Assembly: GCA_030141605.1 (NCBI GenBank)
Contig: JAQGDQ010002169.1
Span: 1-12,041 of the forward strand
From: Tubiluchus corallicola
Taxonomy: Eukaryota > Animalia > Priapulida
DNA length: 12,041 nt
Reading direction: 5' to 3'
Under the pieces are notes generated by a model. It was not told the DNA's origin. It searched no databases and worked only from the letters and a program-made list of their open reading frames with translations. Each line of letters opens with the position of its first letter. Within the stretch, counting starts at the first letter, position 1. Position numbers and translations under genes: made by a program. Of the stretch, positions 1 to 7,636 are shown one piece after another.

Positions 1-48
1 CATATGCCTTGGCTAGGCCTACGTACTTCGTTCAGTTACGTATTGCTC

Positions 49-308
49 GTTTATTGTTTATTGTTTATTGTTTATTGTTTTTTGCTTTTTGTTTTTTGTT
101 TTTTGTTTTTTGTTTTTATTTTTATTGTTTGTTGTTTATAGTTTATTGTTTATTGTTTATTGTTTGTTTATTGTTTATTGTTTTTTTTATTGTTTTTTGT
201 TTTTTGTTTTTTGTTTTTTGTTTTTTGTTTTTTGTTTTTTTGTTTTTTTGTTTTTTTGTTTTTTTGTTTTTTTGTTTTTTTATTTTTTGTTTTTTGTTTT
301 TTGTTTTC
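49..308. repeat. Compound T-rich microsatellite: (TTTATTG)n / (TTTTTTG)n / (TTTTTTTG)n
   Basis: Directly visible 7-bp and 8-bp periodicity. It explains the Phe/Leu/Cys-rich and Lys-rich ORFs at 9-441. Confidence 0.97.
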
Positions 309-371
309 TTACACGTGTGCTTGCAAACCAACACTGCCCATAAGTCGGCATAGTCAAAACTACGTTACGAT

Positions 372-711
372 GCTTGTTAGCAGAATGCACCAAAAACCCC
401 TGCATTTTGAAAATGCATTGCACATAAAACAGGTGCTGTAGCTTTCATTTCAGATGTGTTAGTTTGCGGCGAGCTACACATGTTTGAGAGCTCATGTGAG
501 AGCACAGCGGTAAATCTGAAATTTTAGTTTTGCTGTTGAAAATTATGTTAGTTTGTGACGTCATCAAATGTTGGGCTCGCCCGCAGTTCATCCAGTTTTT
601 AATCTATTATTTAATTATCAGAAACGCTTTTGCAGTATTAATCGTGTTAAAATGTATACTTTTATTGACCTTGAAAATGGGGTAGTATGTGAAAAATTGT
701 CCTGTCTTCCT
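372..711. mobile_element. Truncated, internally deleted copy of the Kolobok-like TTAA element at 3455-4004
   Basis: 426-531 aligns with 3615-3720 (~83%) and 532-711 with 3827-4004 (~95%); similarity is weaker back to ~372. It ends in the same terminus ...TGTCTTCCT followed by TTAA (712-715). Family assignment is inference. Confidence 0.6.
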
Positions 712-776
712 TTAAATGTTAAAGTGTTCTATCTATGAGCGTTACACAGCTGATGTAATTCACGTAATTCGCGGGA
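426..776 (+). repeat. Dispersed direct repeat, copy 1 (copy 2 = 3615-4069)
   Basis: Long near-identical blocks such as GACCTTGAAAATGGGGTAGTATGTGAAAAATTGTCCTGTCTTCCTTTAAATGTTAAAGTGTTCTATCTATGAGC occur in both copies. Copy 1 lacks the 106 bp at 3721-3826. Confidence 0.95.
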
Positions 777-807
777 AATTCACGTTTATTTTTTTTACAA
801 AAAACAA

Positions 808-1305
808 ATGCTAAATATATTGGACTTTGATAATCTAGCACCAAATTATCAAGAAAATGTTCAAAAAGTATTAAAAATCTAATTTTTTTAAGCCTGTACT
901 CACTTTTTGCTGAAAACTAATGCCTGTACTCACTTCTTGCTGAAAACTAATGCTACATTTGAGAAAAACTTGTATTTTCAAACTCTGATACCAGCTCGTG
1001 AAAGCAGCCATTTTGCTTCGGATTTTTTCTGTTGTCGAGCCCAGATCTTCACCAGGAAGAGCCATCTACTGGACTTAAACATAACTTCACTGTGCTCTTG
1101 CAAAGTCCAGCATTTGTCCGGTTGCTAAGTGTTTTGTAAAGATGCGACAAAAACAATGGCTGACTTTAACAGTGATTTTCTCAAGGTTATGTTTTTCAGT
1201 GCATAGCCTGCACCTCAACTTCAATGTGGATTATCTCAGCTTAAAAATAACATAGAGTGATGAACTTGGTATCAAAATAATCCTCATTAAATAGAGATTT
1301 AGAAT
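808..1305. mobile_element. Old, degenerate fold-back (long inverted repeat) element, probably a non-autonomous DNA transposon
   Basis: Nested inverted anchors in consistent order: CTAAAT 811-816/ATTTAG 1297-1302; ACCAA 840-844/TTGGT 1266-1270; CTGAAAA 940-946/TTTTCAG 1193-1199; TTGAGAAAA 959-967/TTTTCTCAA 1176-1184; CAGCCATT 1005-1012/AATGGCTG 1155-1162. The outer four share one centre once the 30-bp duplication is removed. Confidence 0.55.
892..953. repeat. 30-bp tandem duplication (GCCTGTACTCACTT[T/C]TTGCTGAAAACTAAT x2)
   Basis: 892-921 and 922-951 differ at one base. Confidence 0.95.
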
Positions 1306-1932
1306 ATGTGAATAACTAACTTTTACTTTCGCTTTGTTAATGGAGAGAGTGCTTTGAATTCTCTGATTCTCTTTTCAAATTTTAAGCAATATTTTTGAGA
1401 CTTGTTTCAAACGGCTTATCGTCAAAATGACTGTGCCTAACGAGAGTTTAAATTTACAGAGTTTTATGCAGGGTTACTGCTAACACAAGCTCTGTATGCA
1501 ATGACACAGCATGTAACTGATATAGAATTTCAAAGAGTTATTTGTAGACGGTGTTTTCTTGTGTTTCACAAACATCTTTGTACTGGAAATCTTGCATTGG
1601 CGTGCTTTGCGGTCTTCACTTGTTGTTGGCTTTGGCCACCTTGTGGAGATTTTTTGGCCTGGTCACGTGATCAGTTTGATCTGTGTCAGAGGCGTGTGAA
1701 GTGAGGACGTGTCATGGTGGGTTGATTAAATGTTGTTGTTATCTTATTGCTTATGATTTGGGGCTAAAAACGTACATATATACTCAAATTACTTTATAAA
1801 ATTTAAATTTACTATTAGATAACAGCTATTTATTGACTAATGCGATGATGCAGTGTGAAACTCTGAATTATGTAAAATTGACTTTTGGCTAGTGTTATTT
1901 ATTTTTTGTCATTTGTTTATGGTTTTGTTTAG

Positions 1933-1949
1933 ATGGAATGATATGTTTG
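1933..1949 (+). CDS. Candidate 17-nt micro-exon of the + strand gene
   Basis: Long T-rich tract ending GTTTTGTTTAG, then ATGGAATGATATGTTTG, then GTAAAT donor. It can join the next exon in frame by either acceptor (WNDMF-D-EVTSF via 2187, or GMICL-IDEVTSF via 2183). Splice-signal evidence only. Confidence 0.3.
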
Positions 1950-2182
1950 GTAAATAAAGAGGGAAGAAAGAGCAAAATGTAATCTAGCTTCAAATTTGGT
2001 TTTGAAAGCCCAAACAGCACGCACTCTGGAGGCAATTTCTGACTTTAATAAAACATTCTTAATCCTCACATTTCAGACGGACGAATTAACGATTATTTGG
2101 CTTTGCGATATCAACAGCGACTGTCGTTAAAAATACCTGCAATTTCGGCTAATCGTAATGTTTACAATTGTTTTACAAATAG

Positions 2183-2358
2183 ATAGACGAAGTCACCTCC
2201 TTCAATGAACCCTGTTTTGAAGTAGCCCTCTCTTCTGATTCGAACCAGAACAGCACTTCGTGGGGTTTTGGACATCTTTCTGAGAAACGCGATGGAGAAA
2301 GTTCTCAATCGCTGGCCAGCAGCACCAGTTCCACAACTGCAAGTCCACGCTTCTGCGG
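2183..2358 (+). CDS. Internal coding exon of an unidentified gene (IDEVTSFNEPCFEVALSSDSNQNSTSWGFGHLSEKRDGESSQSLASSTSSTTASPRFC-G)
   Basis: GC-richer island with an open frame, acceptor TTGTTTTACAAATAG (alternative AG at 2185-2186) and donor CGG|GTATGT. It ends in phase 2, matching the exon at 3081. Confidence 0.7.
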
Positions 2359-2619
2359 GTATGTAAATATCAGCGTTGCTGTAAATAACAGCCACTTCAC
2401 AGTTTCGTTGTGCGCACGCGCAGTTGCTGTAGGTCAAAGGTTAAGTGTACCACAGCAAAGCGTCTTAACTACAACTGTCACGTGATATTATGATCATCAT
2501 CTGCACCTATTCGAAGTTGATTGAATTATCCTCATTCTTTTCCAATTCTTCCCCCTTTTCCTCTACTCTCCTCTGCTTTGCGATATGTTTTTTTCACTCT
2601 TACAAAAAAAACAACTCTG

Positions 2620-2775
2620 TAATTGTCATCATCATCATCTGTGTTGTCGTCACTTCTATCATGACCATTATCAGCAGCATCAGGTGCATGATTTCTTCGT
2701 TACTATCGGTCATCATGTGTGCTGTCTTTGCTACAGTTATAGTCAACTAAACCACGCTCATCATCACCATCATCG

Positions 2776-2823
<48 letters not shown>

Positions 2824-2990
2824 CCATCATCATCATCACCATCATCACCATCATTACCATTATCATCATCATCATCATCACCATCTTTACCATTATCATC
2901 ATCACCATCATTACCATTATCGTCATCATCATCATCATCATCATTATCATCAATAACATCATCATAAACATCATCATCAAAATCGTCATC
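2620..2990. repeat. (CAT)n trinucleotide microsatellite with CAC/TAT/TAC/CGT variants, purest at ~2758-2950; intronic
   Basis: Directly visible. It explains the poly-His and poly-Met ORFs and lies within the predicted intron 2359-3080. Confidence 0.97.
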
Positions 2991-3080
2991 GTTTCACTTA
3001 CCTCAGTACCACTTATTAAAACCTTTTCCCACAATTTTAAAATGTATCTACATGATCTGAAATTGTTTTTTGTTGCTTAG

Positions 3081-3285
3081 TTACCGGGATGAGGACCGCT
3101 TGTTATCGGAGCATACTACGCATGTGCTGGATCCGACCTTGACCTCTAGCTGTCTCGGTGACCCCAACATGGGAGGCGCACTGAACTCAAGTGGGTCACA
3201 GAGTAGAAGCAACTTATCGAATGATTCCTCGTCAATACTTGGTGCTAAACCACGAAAAGGCATGGAAGCAACAACAATATTATAA
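3081..3285 (+). CDS. Probable terminal coding exon (G-YRDEDRLLSEHTTHVLDPTLTSSCLGDPNMGGALNSSGSQSRSNLSNDSSSILGAKPRKGMEATTIL*)
   Basis: Acceptor TTGTTTTTTGTTGCTTAG. The first base completes the GG|T Gly codon from the previous exon, and the frame is open to TAA at 3283-3285. AATAAA follows at 3285-3290 and 3300-3305. Confidence 0.7.
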
Positions 3286-3454
3286 ATAAAAGTAATTGAA
3301 ATAAAACTTAAATCAAAACTGGTGTAAGTTTGTCCTTTAATGTAAAGTTGGGAGCTAAAAGCAAAGGCCCATTTCATCCTAGTGAAACATTAAAGCAAAA
3401 CCGGATCCAATCTTAAACTGTAAGTCAAAACAATCTACTCCTTAAAATATTGAA

Positions 3455-4004
3455 AGGAAACATACTATTTTTTTCAAAAATGACTTACGTGAAAGAATTA
3501 TTACCACACAGACACAATTTCACGTTCGCGTCACTAGTTCTTTGCTGTTACATGCATTTCAACATTTGCTAGTTAGACGGGCACTAGCGCCTGTAATTTC
3601 CAAAACCTGTACAGAAAACAGGTGCTGTGCCTTTTCATTCAGCTGTGCTAGTTTGTGATGAACTACACACGTTCGACAGCTCATGTGTGAGCACAGCGGT
3701 AAATTTAAAATTTGAGTTTTTATCTTAAAACTTGCCTAGTTTTCGTACAACACACTGAATATCTTACAGTACTACTGTACTTTTTTACTTTCACAAGCAC
3801 GTGCTACATCCTCGTGGAATATTTTTGCTGTTGAAAATTATGTTAGTTTGTGACGTCATCAAACGTTGGGCTCGCCCGCATTTCATCAAGTTTTTAATCT
3901 ATTATTTAATTATCAGATTATTAGCAGTATTAATCGTGTTAAAATGTATACTTTTTATTGACCTTGAAAATGGGGTAGTATGTGAAAAATTGTCCTGTCT
4001 TCCT
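3455..4004. mobile_element. Kolobok-like non-autonomous DNA transposon (~550 bp, degenerate TIRs, TTAA-type target)
   Basis: Left end TGAA|AGGAAACATACTATTTTTTTCA matches the reverse complement of the right end, TTAA|AGGAAGACAGGACAATTTTTCA. A TTAA target with purine (AG) termini fits Kolobok rather than piggyBac (CCY termini). The left TSD has one mismatch. Confidence 0.55.
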
Positions 4005-4069
4005 TTAAATGTTAAAGTGTTCTATCTATGAGCATTACACAGCTGACGTAATTCACGTAATTCGCGGGA
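3615..4069 (+). repeat. Dispersed direct repeat, copy 2 (copy 1 = 426-776)
   Basis: See copy 1. Homology runs 61 bp past the TTAA terminus and ends at TTCGCGGGA. Confidence 0.95.
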
Positions 4070-4465
4070 TTTTTGACACTATAATCGTTTTATAGCTCAT
4101 GGTGAGTAGATTGCAAAAACCATGGTGTCACTTTGCTCTGAACAAAACAAGTGTTAACCCAGAATTCAAGATGGCGCCCAAGATGGCTGCTGACTGTTGA
4201 AGCTTGTTATATTCTTGCTTCTAATTAACTGAATTTACTTGTTCAGGTGTCTGATTAAGGTACGTGGTAGTGTTCATAAACGAATATACATCATAACCAA
4301 GGAATTTTCACTATGAGTTTTTTATGCTGGTTTATATGCTTGAACAGTTGGCAGCCATCTTGGGCACCATCTTGAATTTTGAGCACACGTTTGCTTAAAA
4401 AATGGCACCATATGTTTTGCAGTCTACACAACCTACGCTTAAAAATGATACATGGCGTTTAAAAT
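4070..4465. mobile_element. Fold-back MITE-like element with ~90-100 bp inverted arms (core 4106-4203 / 4338-4427)
   Basis: AATTCAAGATGGCGCCCAAGATGGCTGC (4163-4190) pairs with GCAGCCATCTTGGGCACCATCTTGAATT (4351-4378) at 27/28. GTAGATTGCAAAA pairs with TTTTGCAGTCTAC. Outer boundaries are approximate and no TSD was identified. Confidence 0.8.
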
Positions 4466-4510
4466 TAAGACGAATTTCCCATAGAAATTTCCCATCTGAC
4501 ATATAAGGTA

Positions 4511-5114
4511 CATGATTCCTCGCTTAATGACTAAATTGCATACCAGCATCAAATGCATCAAATTATGTAAAAAATTTTATGTTGAAATAAAAAAATTGCT
4601 TTGAACAAAATGAAAAATCGTCGTTAATGTGAATCAAGCATAGTTAAGTGAGAAAAAGTGTCAAATGTCCAGCGTCGTTAAAACGAAACGTCGCTAAACG
4701 GGGAGTCGTTAAGTGAAGAAAGGTGTCAAATGACCAGCGTCGTTAAAACGAAACGTCGCTAAACGGGGAGTCGTTAAGTGAAGAAAGGTGTCAAATGACC
4801 AGCGTCGTTAAAACGAAACGTCGCTAAACGGGAGTCGTTAAGTGAAGAAAGGTGTCAAATGACCAGCGTCGTTAAAACGAAACGTCGCTAAACGGGGAGT
4901 CGTTAAGTGAAGAAAGGTGTCAAATGACCAGCGTCGTTAAAACGAAACGTCGCTAAACGGGGAGTTGTTAAGTGAAGAAAGGTGTCAAATGACCAGCATC
5001 GTTAAAACGAAACGTCGCTAAACGGGAGTCGTTAAGTGAAGAAAGGTGTCAAATAATTACCGTTGTTAAAACTAAACGTTGCTAAACGGGAAGTCATTAA
5101 GCGAGGACTTATTG
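4511..5114. mobile_element. Tc1/mariner-superfamily (pogo/Tigger-like) MITE with TA TSD, carrying an internal tandem array
   Basis: TA|CATGATTCCTCGCTTAATGACT ... AGTCATTAAGCGAGGACTTATTG|TA. Perfect 16-bp inverted match at 4517-4532/5092-5107; TA at 4509-4510 and 5115-5116. The terminus resembles CAGTA-N-CCTCG pogo-type ends. No transposase ORF. Confidence 0.85.
4643..5095. repeat. 64-65 bp tandem repeat, 7 copies (GTTAAGTGAAGAAAGGTGTCAAATGACCAGCGTCGTTAAAACGAAACGTCGCTAAACGGGGAGTC)
   Basis: Units start at 4643, 4708, 4773, 4837, 4902, 4967 and 5031. Inner copies are nearly identical and edge copies diverged. No spacers. Confidence 0.97.
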
Positions 5115-5644
5115 TACTGTGTTATTATTAGCAAAGCTTTAGTAATAAAATGTATTGCTAATAATAGTTTTGTAATAACATATGTAAGCTTATTGTGAAT
5201 GTTGAAGACCCTTAATGCAGTGGTAACAATTTTTATCACAGAATTAGCTTATTTTGTTAAAAATTGTTGTTACAAATTTAATGGTTTTATAACAATCTTA
5301 ACCAAAGCAATAACGAATGGCCTGTGTGTGTATAGCATTTTATAGTTCTATGTTACAGGCATTATATTTTACTACTGTTTTTTTAAACACCAGCGTACAT
5401 ACACGTAATATTATTGTAATAAATAAATCATATGGCCTGTTATTTTTACATTGTTTTTAATTCACGGTAGTTTATTCCATATCCTTTTACTTTTTTGACA
5501 GGAATGATACTTATGCAGATCGATAATTGAGTATAAAAATACGTATTTGTTTATTTAATTTTGCTCTTTTTTTGGTTTTTTGTTTTTTGTTTCTTGTTAA
5601 TTACGAAGTAACGTCAGCTAGACGTATGAATAGACAAACATTAC

Positions 5645-6195
5645 TGCGCGTTCAGACCAGCGAATTTTCTTCCCGACAGCAAACTCGCAAGTGTGAACTG
5701 TTTTTAGAGTTACTGTCGGCAAGTTATTGCAACCTCGCCGACAGTTGCTGCGAGTTGATTTACTGTCTAGTGTGAACACATCGGCGAGTTACTCTTTCAA
5801 CACTTCTCACATTAAACAGAGAAGTGAGTGTCAGCTCGCGCTTACTGGGGGAGAATAACTCACAGCAAGTTTTGCTCTCTAGTCTGAACACGGTTCTGAG
5901 TTACTTGGCGAGTTATTGCAAGTTCTCTGTCAGTTGCTACGAGTGTTGATTTACTGTGTAGTGTGAATGTCGGTGAGTAACTCACAGCAAGTTTTGCTCT
6001 CTAGTCTGAACACGGTTCTGAGTTACTTGGCGAGTTATTGCAAGCTATCTGTCAGTTGCTACGAGTGTTGATTTACTGTGTAGTGTGAAAGTCAGAGAGT
6101 AACTCACAGCAAGTTTTGCTCTTTAATCTGAACACGTTTGCGAGTTACTTCGCGAGTTAACTCGGTTGGAAAGTTTACTAGTCTAAAAGAGACCG
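5645..6195. mobile_element. Degenerate PIF/Harbinger-like non-autonomous element containing the 122-bp array
   Basis: Left GCGCGTTCAGACCAGCGAATTTTC vs right-end reverse complement TCTCTTTTAGACTAGTAAACTTTC (16/24). Internal CTAGT[C/G]TGAAC motifs repeat the terminal motif in inverted orientation. TTA lies just left of the element, but no clean TSD. Family call is inference from GTTCA[C/G]ACT-type ends. Confidence 0.45.
5856..6159. repeat. 122-bp tandem repeat, ~2.5 copies, plus a diverged related copy at ~5690-5795
   Basis: TAACTCACAGCAAGTTTTGCTCT recurs at 5856, 5978 and 6100. Confidence 0.95.
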
Positions 6196-6207
6196 TTCGT
6201 TGACAAT

Positions 6208-6410
6208 TGTCGTTGAGATGGATGACGCTTGGCCTTTAATCAAGTGTGGAAGTAAATGTCATACACGACCAATTTATACTCCTCCAAACATGGCCGTTTG
6301 GTCACTTGACCGCCTCCGACCTCTAGCCGTTGGCTGCTTGTGCAACTCCTCCGCCTAGTGTCGAGATACAGTGTGGGCATCCCGCAAGCCTACAGAACCT
6401 GGTATTTTCA
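6208..6410 (-). mobile_element. LTR-like segment of a second retroelement abutting the truncated gag
   Basis: On the - strand: TG start (6410, or TGTAGG at 6395), TATAAA (6278-6273), ATTAAA (6240-6235), and end CAACGACA (6208). This order is typical of U3-R-U5. No TSD or partner LTR in the window. Confidence 0.4.
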
Positions 6411-6412
6411 TT

Positions 6413-7301
6413 TTAGGTTTTTAGCATTTTATAATGTACATTAATAATGCTTTGTTCTTTGCCAAAACGGCTTCTTAAAACATCTAACGCTTGCAAATAG
6501 TTTTCATTACTGAGTGAAAAACCTTCTACTGCACTAAGAGCAGGACCTGCAAGCTTGCTCTTCAAATACTGAAATTTTTGAATATTTTCTAAATCTGGGT
6601 GATCATGAACCATAGTTTTGAACGCATCCCAAAATTCACGCCATTCTAAAATCTGCCCAGAAAATGATTTCAGTTCGAATTTTGGCAGTTTAACATAACT
6701 GCGTGACTGTACAAGGTTACCACTAGGTGGCGTGATGGGGGCAAGACTAGTATTTCTCTTACGACGGGGCGGAGCAACAGGTGAGTCATAATTAGTAAAT
6801 TGAGATGCGGACGCAGCCGCATGAACAACAGCAGGTTTTTTTATCAACTGCACGACTATGAGGTATCTCAGAAACAGTGTGAAACTCATCAGTTAAATCT
6901 CTTTTAACATTTTTTACAGAAAACTTAGTAATACATTCATCTAACAAAAAAGTAACTTGAGATACCGTGCCAAGGAATTCGTTATCTTCCTCCAAGTACT
7001 GGTCTGCTGCTTTTATTGTTGCTTCGTCTGCTTCAGCTGTCGTACCACGCTCCGAGAACTTTAATGTGAGATCTTCCAGCTTTGCCAAACGATTCTGGAG
7101 AGTGTGTTTGCACATCTTGACACGCTGCAGATAGTTTGAAATGTCGCCAATCGTTGACTCATCTCTTGACACCAATTCGTTAGCTAGCTCGATTTCCTCT
7201 TGCAGGCTTTTCCTTGCCTTGGTTCGTGCTTGTTTAATGTAGCCTAAGTCTCTAGCACTAGCTGGGATACTTCCGTCTGGTTTTTCATCCTTGTTTGGCA
7301 T
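6413..7301 (-). pseudogene. gag: BEL/Pao retrotransposon gag (DUF1759-type domain), one frameshift, 3' truncated
   Basis: VKLPKFELKSFSGQILEWREFWDAF...IQKFQYLKSKLAGPA...VEGFSLSNENYLQALDVLRSRFG is the characteristic BEL/Pao gag motif series, preceded by a coiled-coil-like N-terminus from ATG 7301. ORFs 6792-7325 and 6413-6889 join into 295 aa if one A is removed from the A7 run at 6836-6842. No Zn knuckles or pol follow. Confidence 0.92.
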
Positions 7302-7614
7302 GACGAACCACCTCAGTAAAGACAAAGCTCGATGTTAATCAACAGGTTTCAGCAACAAAAATAGTTCATCGTTGACTCCGCACAGTCTTTTCGAAACTTG
7401 ACAGTTAAGATCGTCTTCAAAGGAGTGTACGAATACGAGATTACGTTCATTATCGTTTATGGTTCAAACAGATTTTGCTAACAAACGTTGCAGGCCAAAA
7501 GCTTGAAGCCAGGTAAAACCGTACGTAGACACCCGTTTACTTTTATGTGCCGAAATAGTCTTTATTTTGCACTTGAAATGCTTTCTGATAAACGCATCTG
7601 AATGTTCCTGGTAT

Positions 7615-7634
7615 TCCCGGGTTTCCTTGCACCA
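7615..7634 (-). promoter_or_regulatory. Primer-binding site, tRNA-Phe-like (TGGTGCAAGGAAACCCGGGA)
   Basis: It lies 2 nt after the LTR end (...CGACA-AT-TGG) and resembles TGGTGCCGAAACCCGGGA, the complement of the tRNA-Phe 3' end, with an internal mismatch/2-nt insertion. Confidence 0.8.
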
Positions 7635-7636
7635 AT

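Noticed and set aside
9-441. Phe/Cys/Leu-rich and Lys-rich ORFs
   Set aside because: They are translations of the T-rich microsatellite in several frames.
1450-1520. Possible additional exon (TTTACAG ... CAT|GTAACT)
   Set aside because: Weak polypyrimidine tract and donor, and the frame is ambiguous.
1630-1672. CTCF-like (GGCCACCTTGTGG) and E-box (GTCACGTGA) motifs
   Set aside because: Short motif matches with no supporting context; expected by chance at this scale.
2490-3034. Poly-His (metal-binding-like), poly-Met and Ile-rich ORFs
   Set aside because: They are products of the (CAT)n microsatellite, which lies within a predicted intron.
2162-3377. Minus-strand ORFs 2162-2437 and 3081-3377
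   Set aside because: They are antisense shadows of the + strand exons, which have the matching splice sites and phase.
3765-3779. TACAGTA-C-TACTGTA palindrome resembling Tc1/mariner excision footprints
   Set aside because: Too short to separate from chance in AT-rich DNA without an orthologous empty site.
5480-5530. Strong-looking acceptor TTTTACTTTTTTGACAG as an alternative last exon
   Set aside because: All frames close within about 10 codons, and no convincing donor precedes the stop in the 3081 exon. It cannot be supported without RNA data.
871-5775. Short ORFs 871-1065, 907-1128, 1501-1704, 3801-4031 and 5527-5775
   Set aside because: No recognisable domains. Most lie within or overlap non-coding repeat elements.
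6830-6848. Programmed ribosomal frameshift in gag at the A7 run
   Set aside because: The shift needed is +1 rather than the canonical -1, and BEL/Pao gag-pol is normally one ORF. A homopolymer indel (mutation or sequencing error) is simpler.
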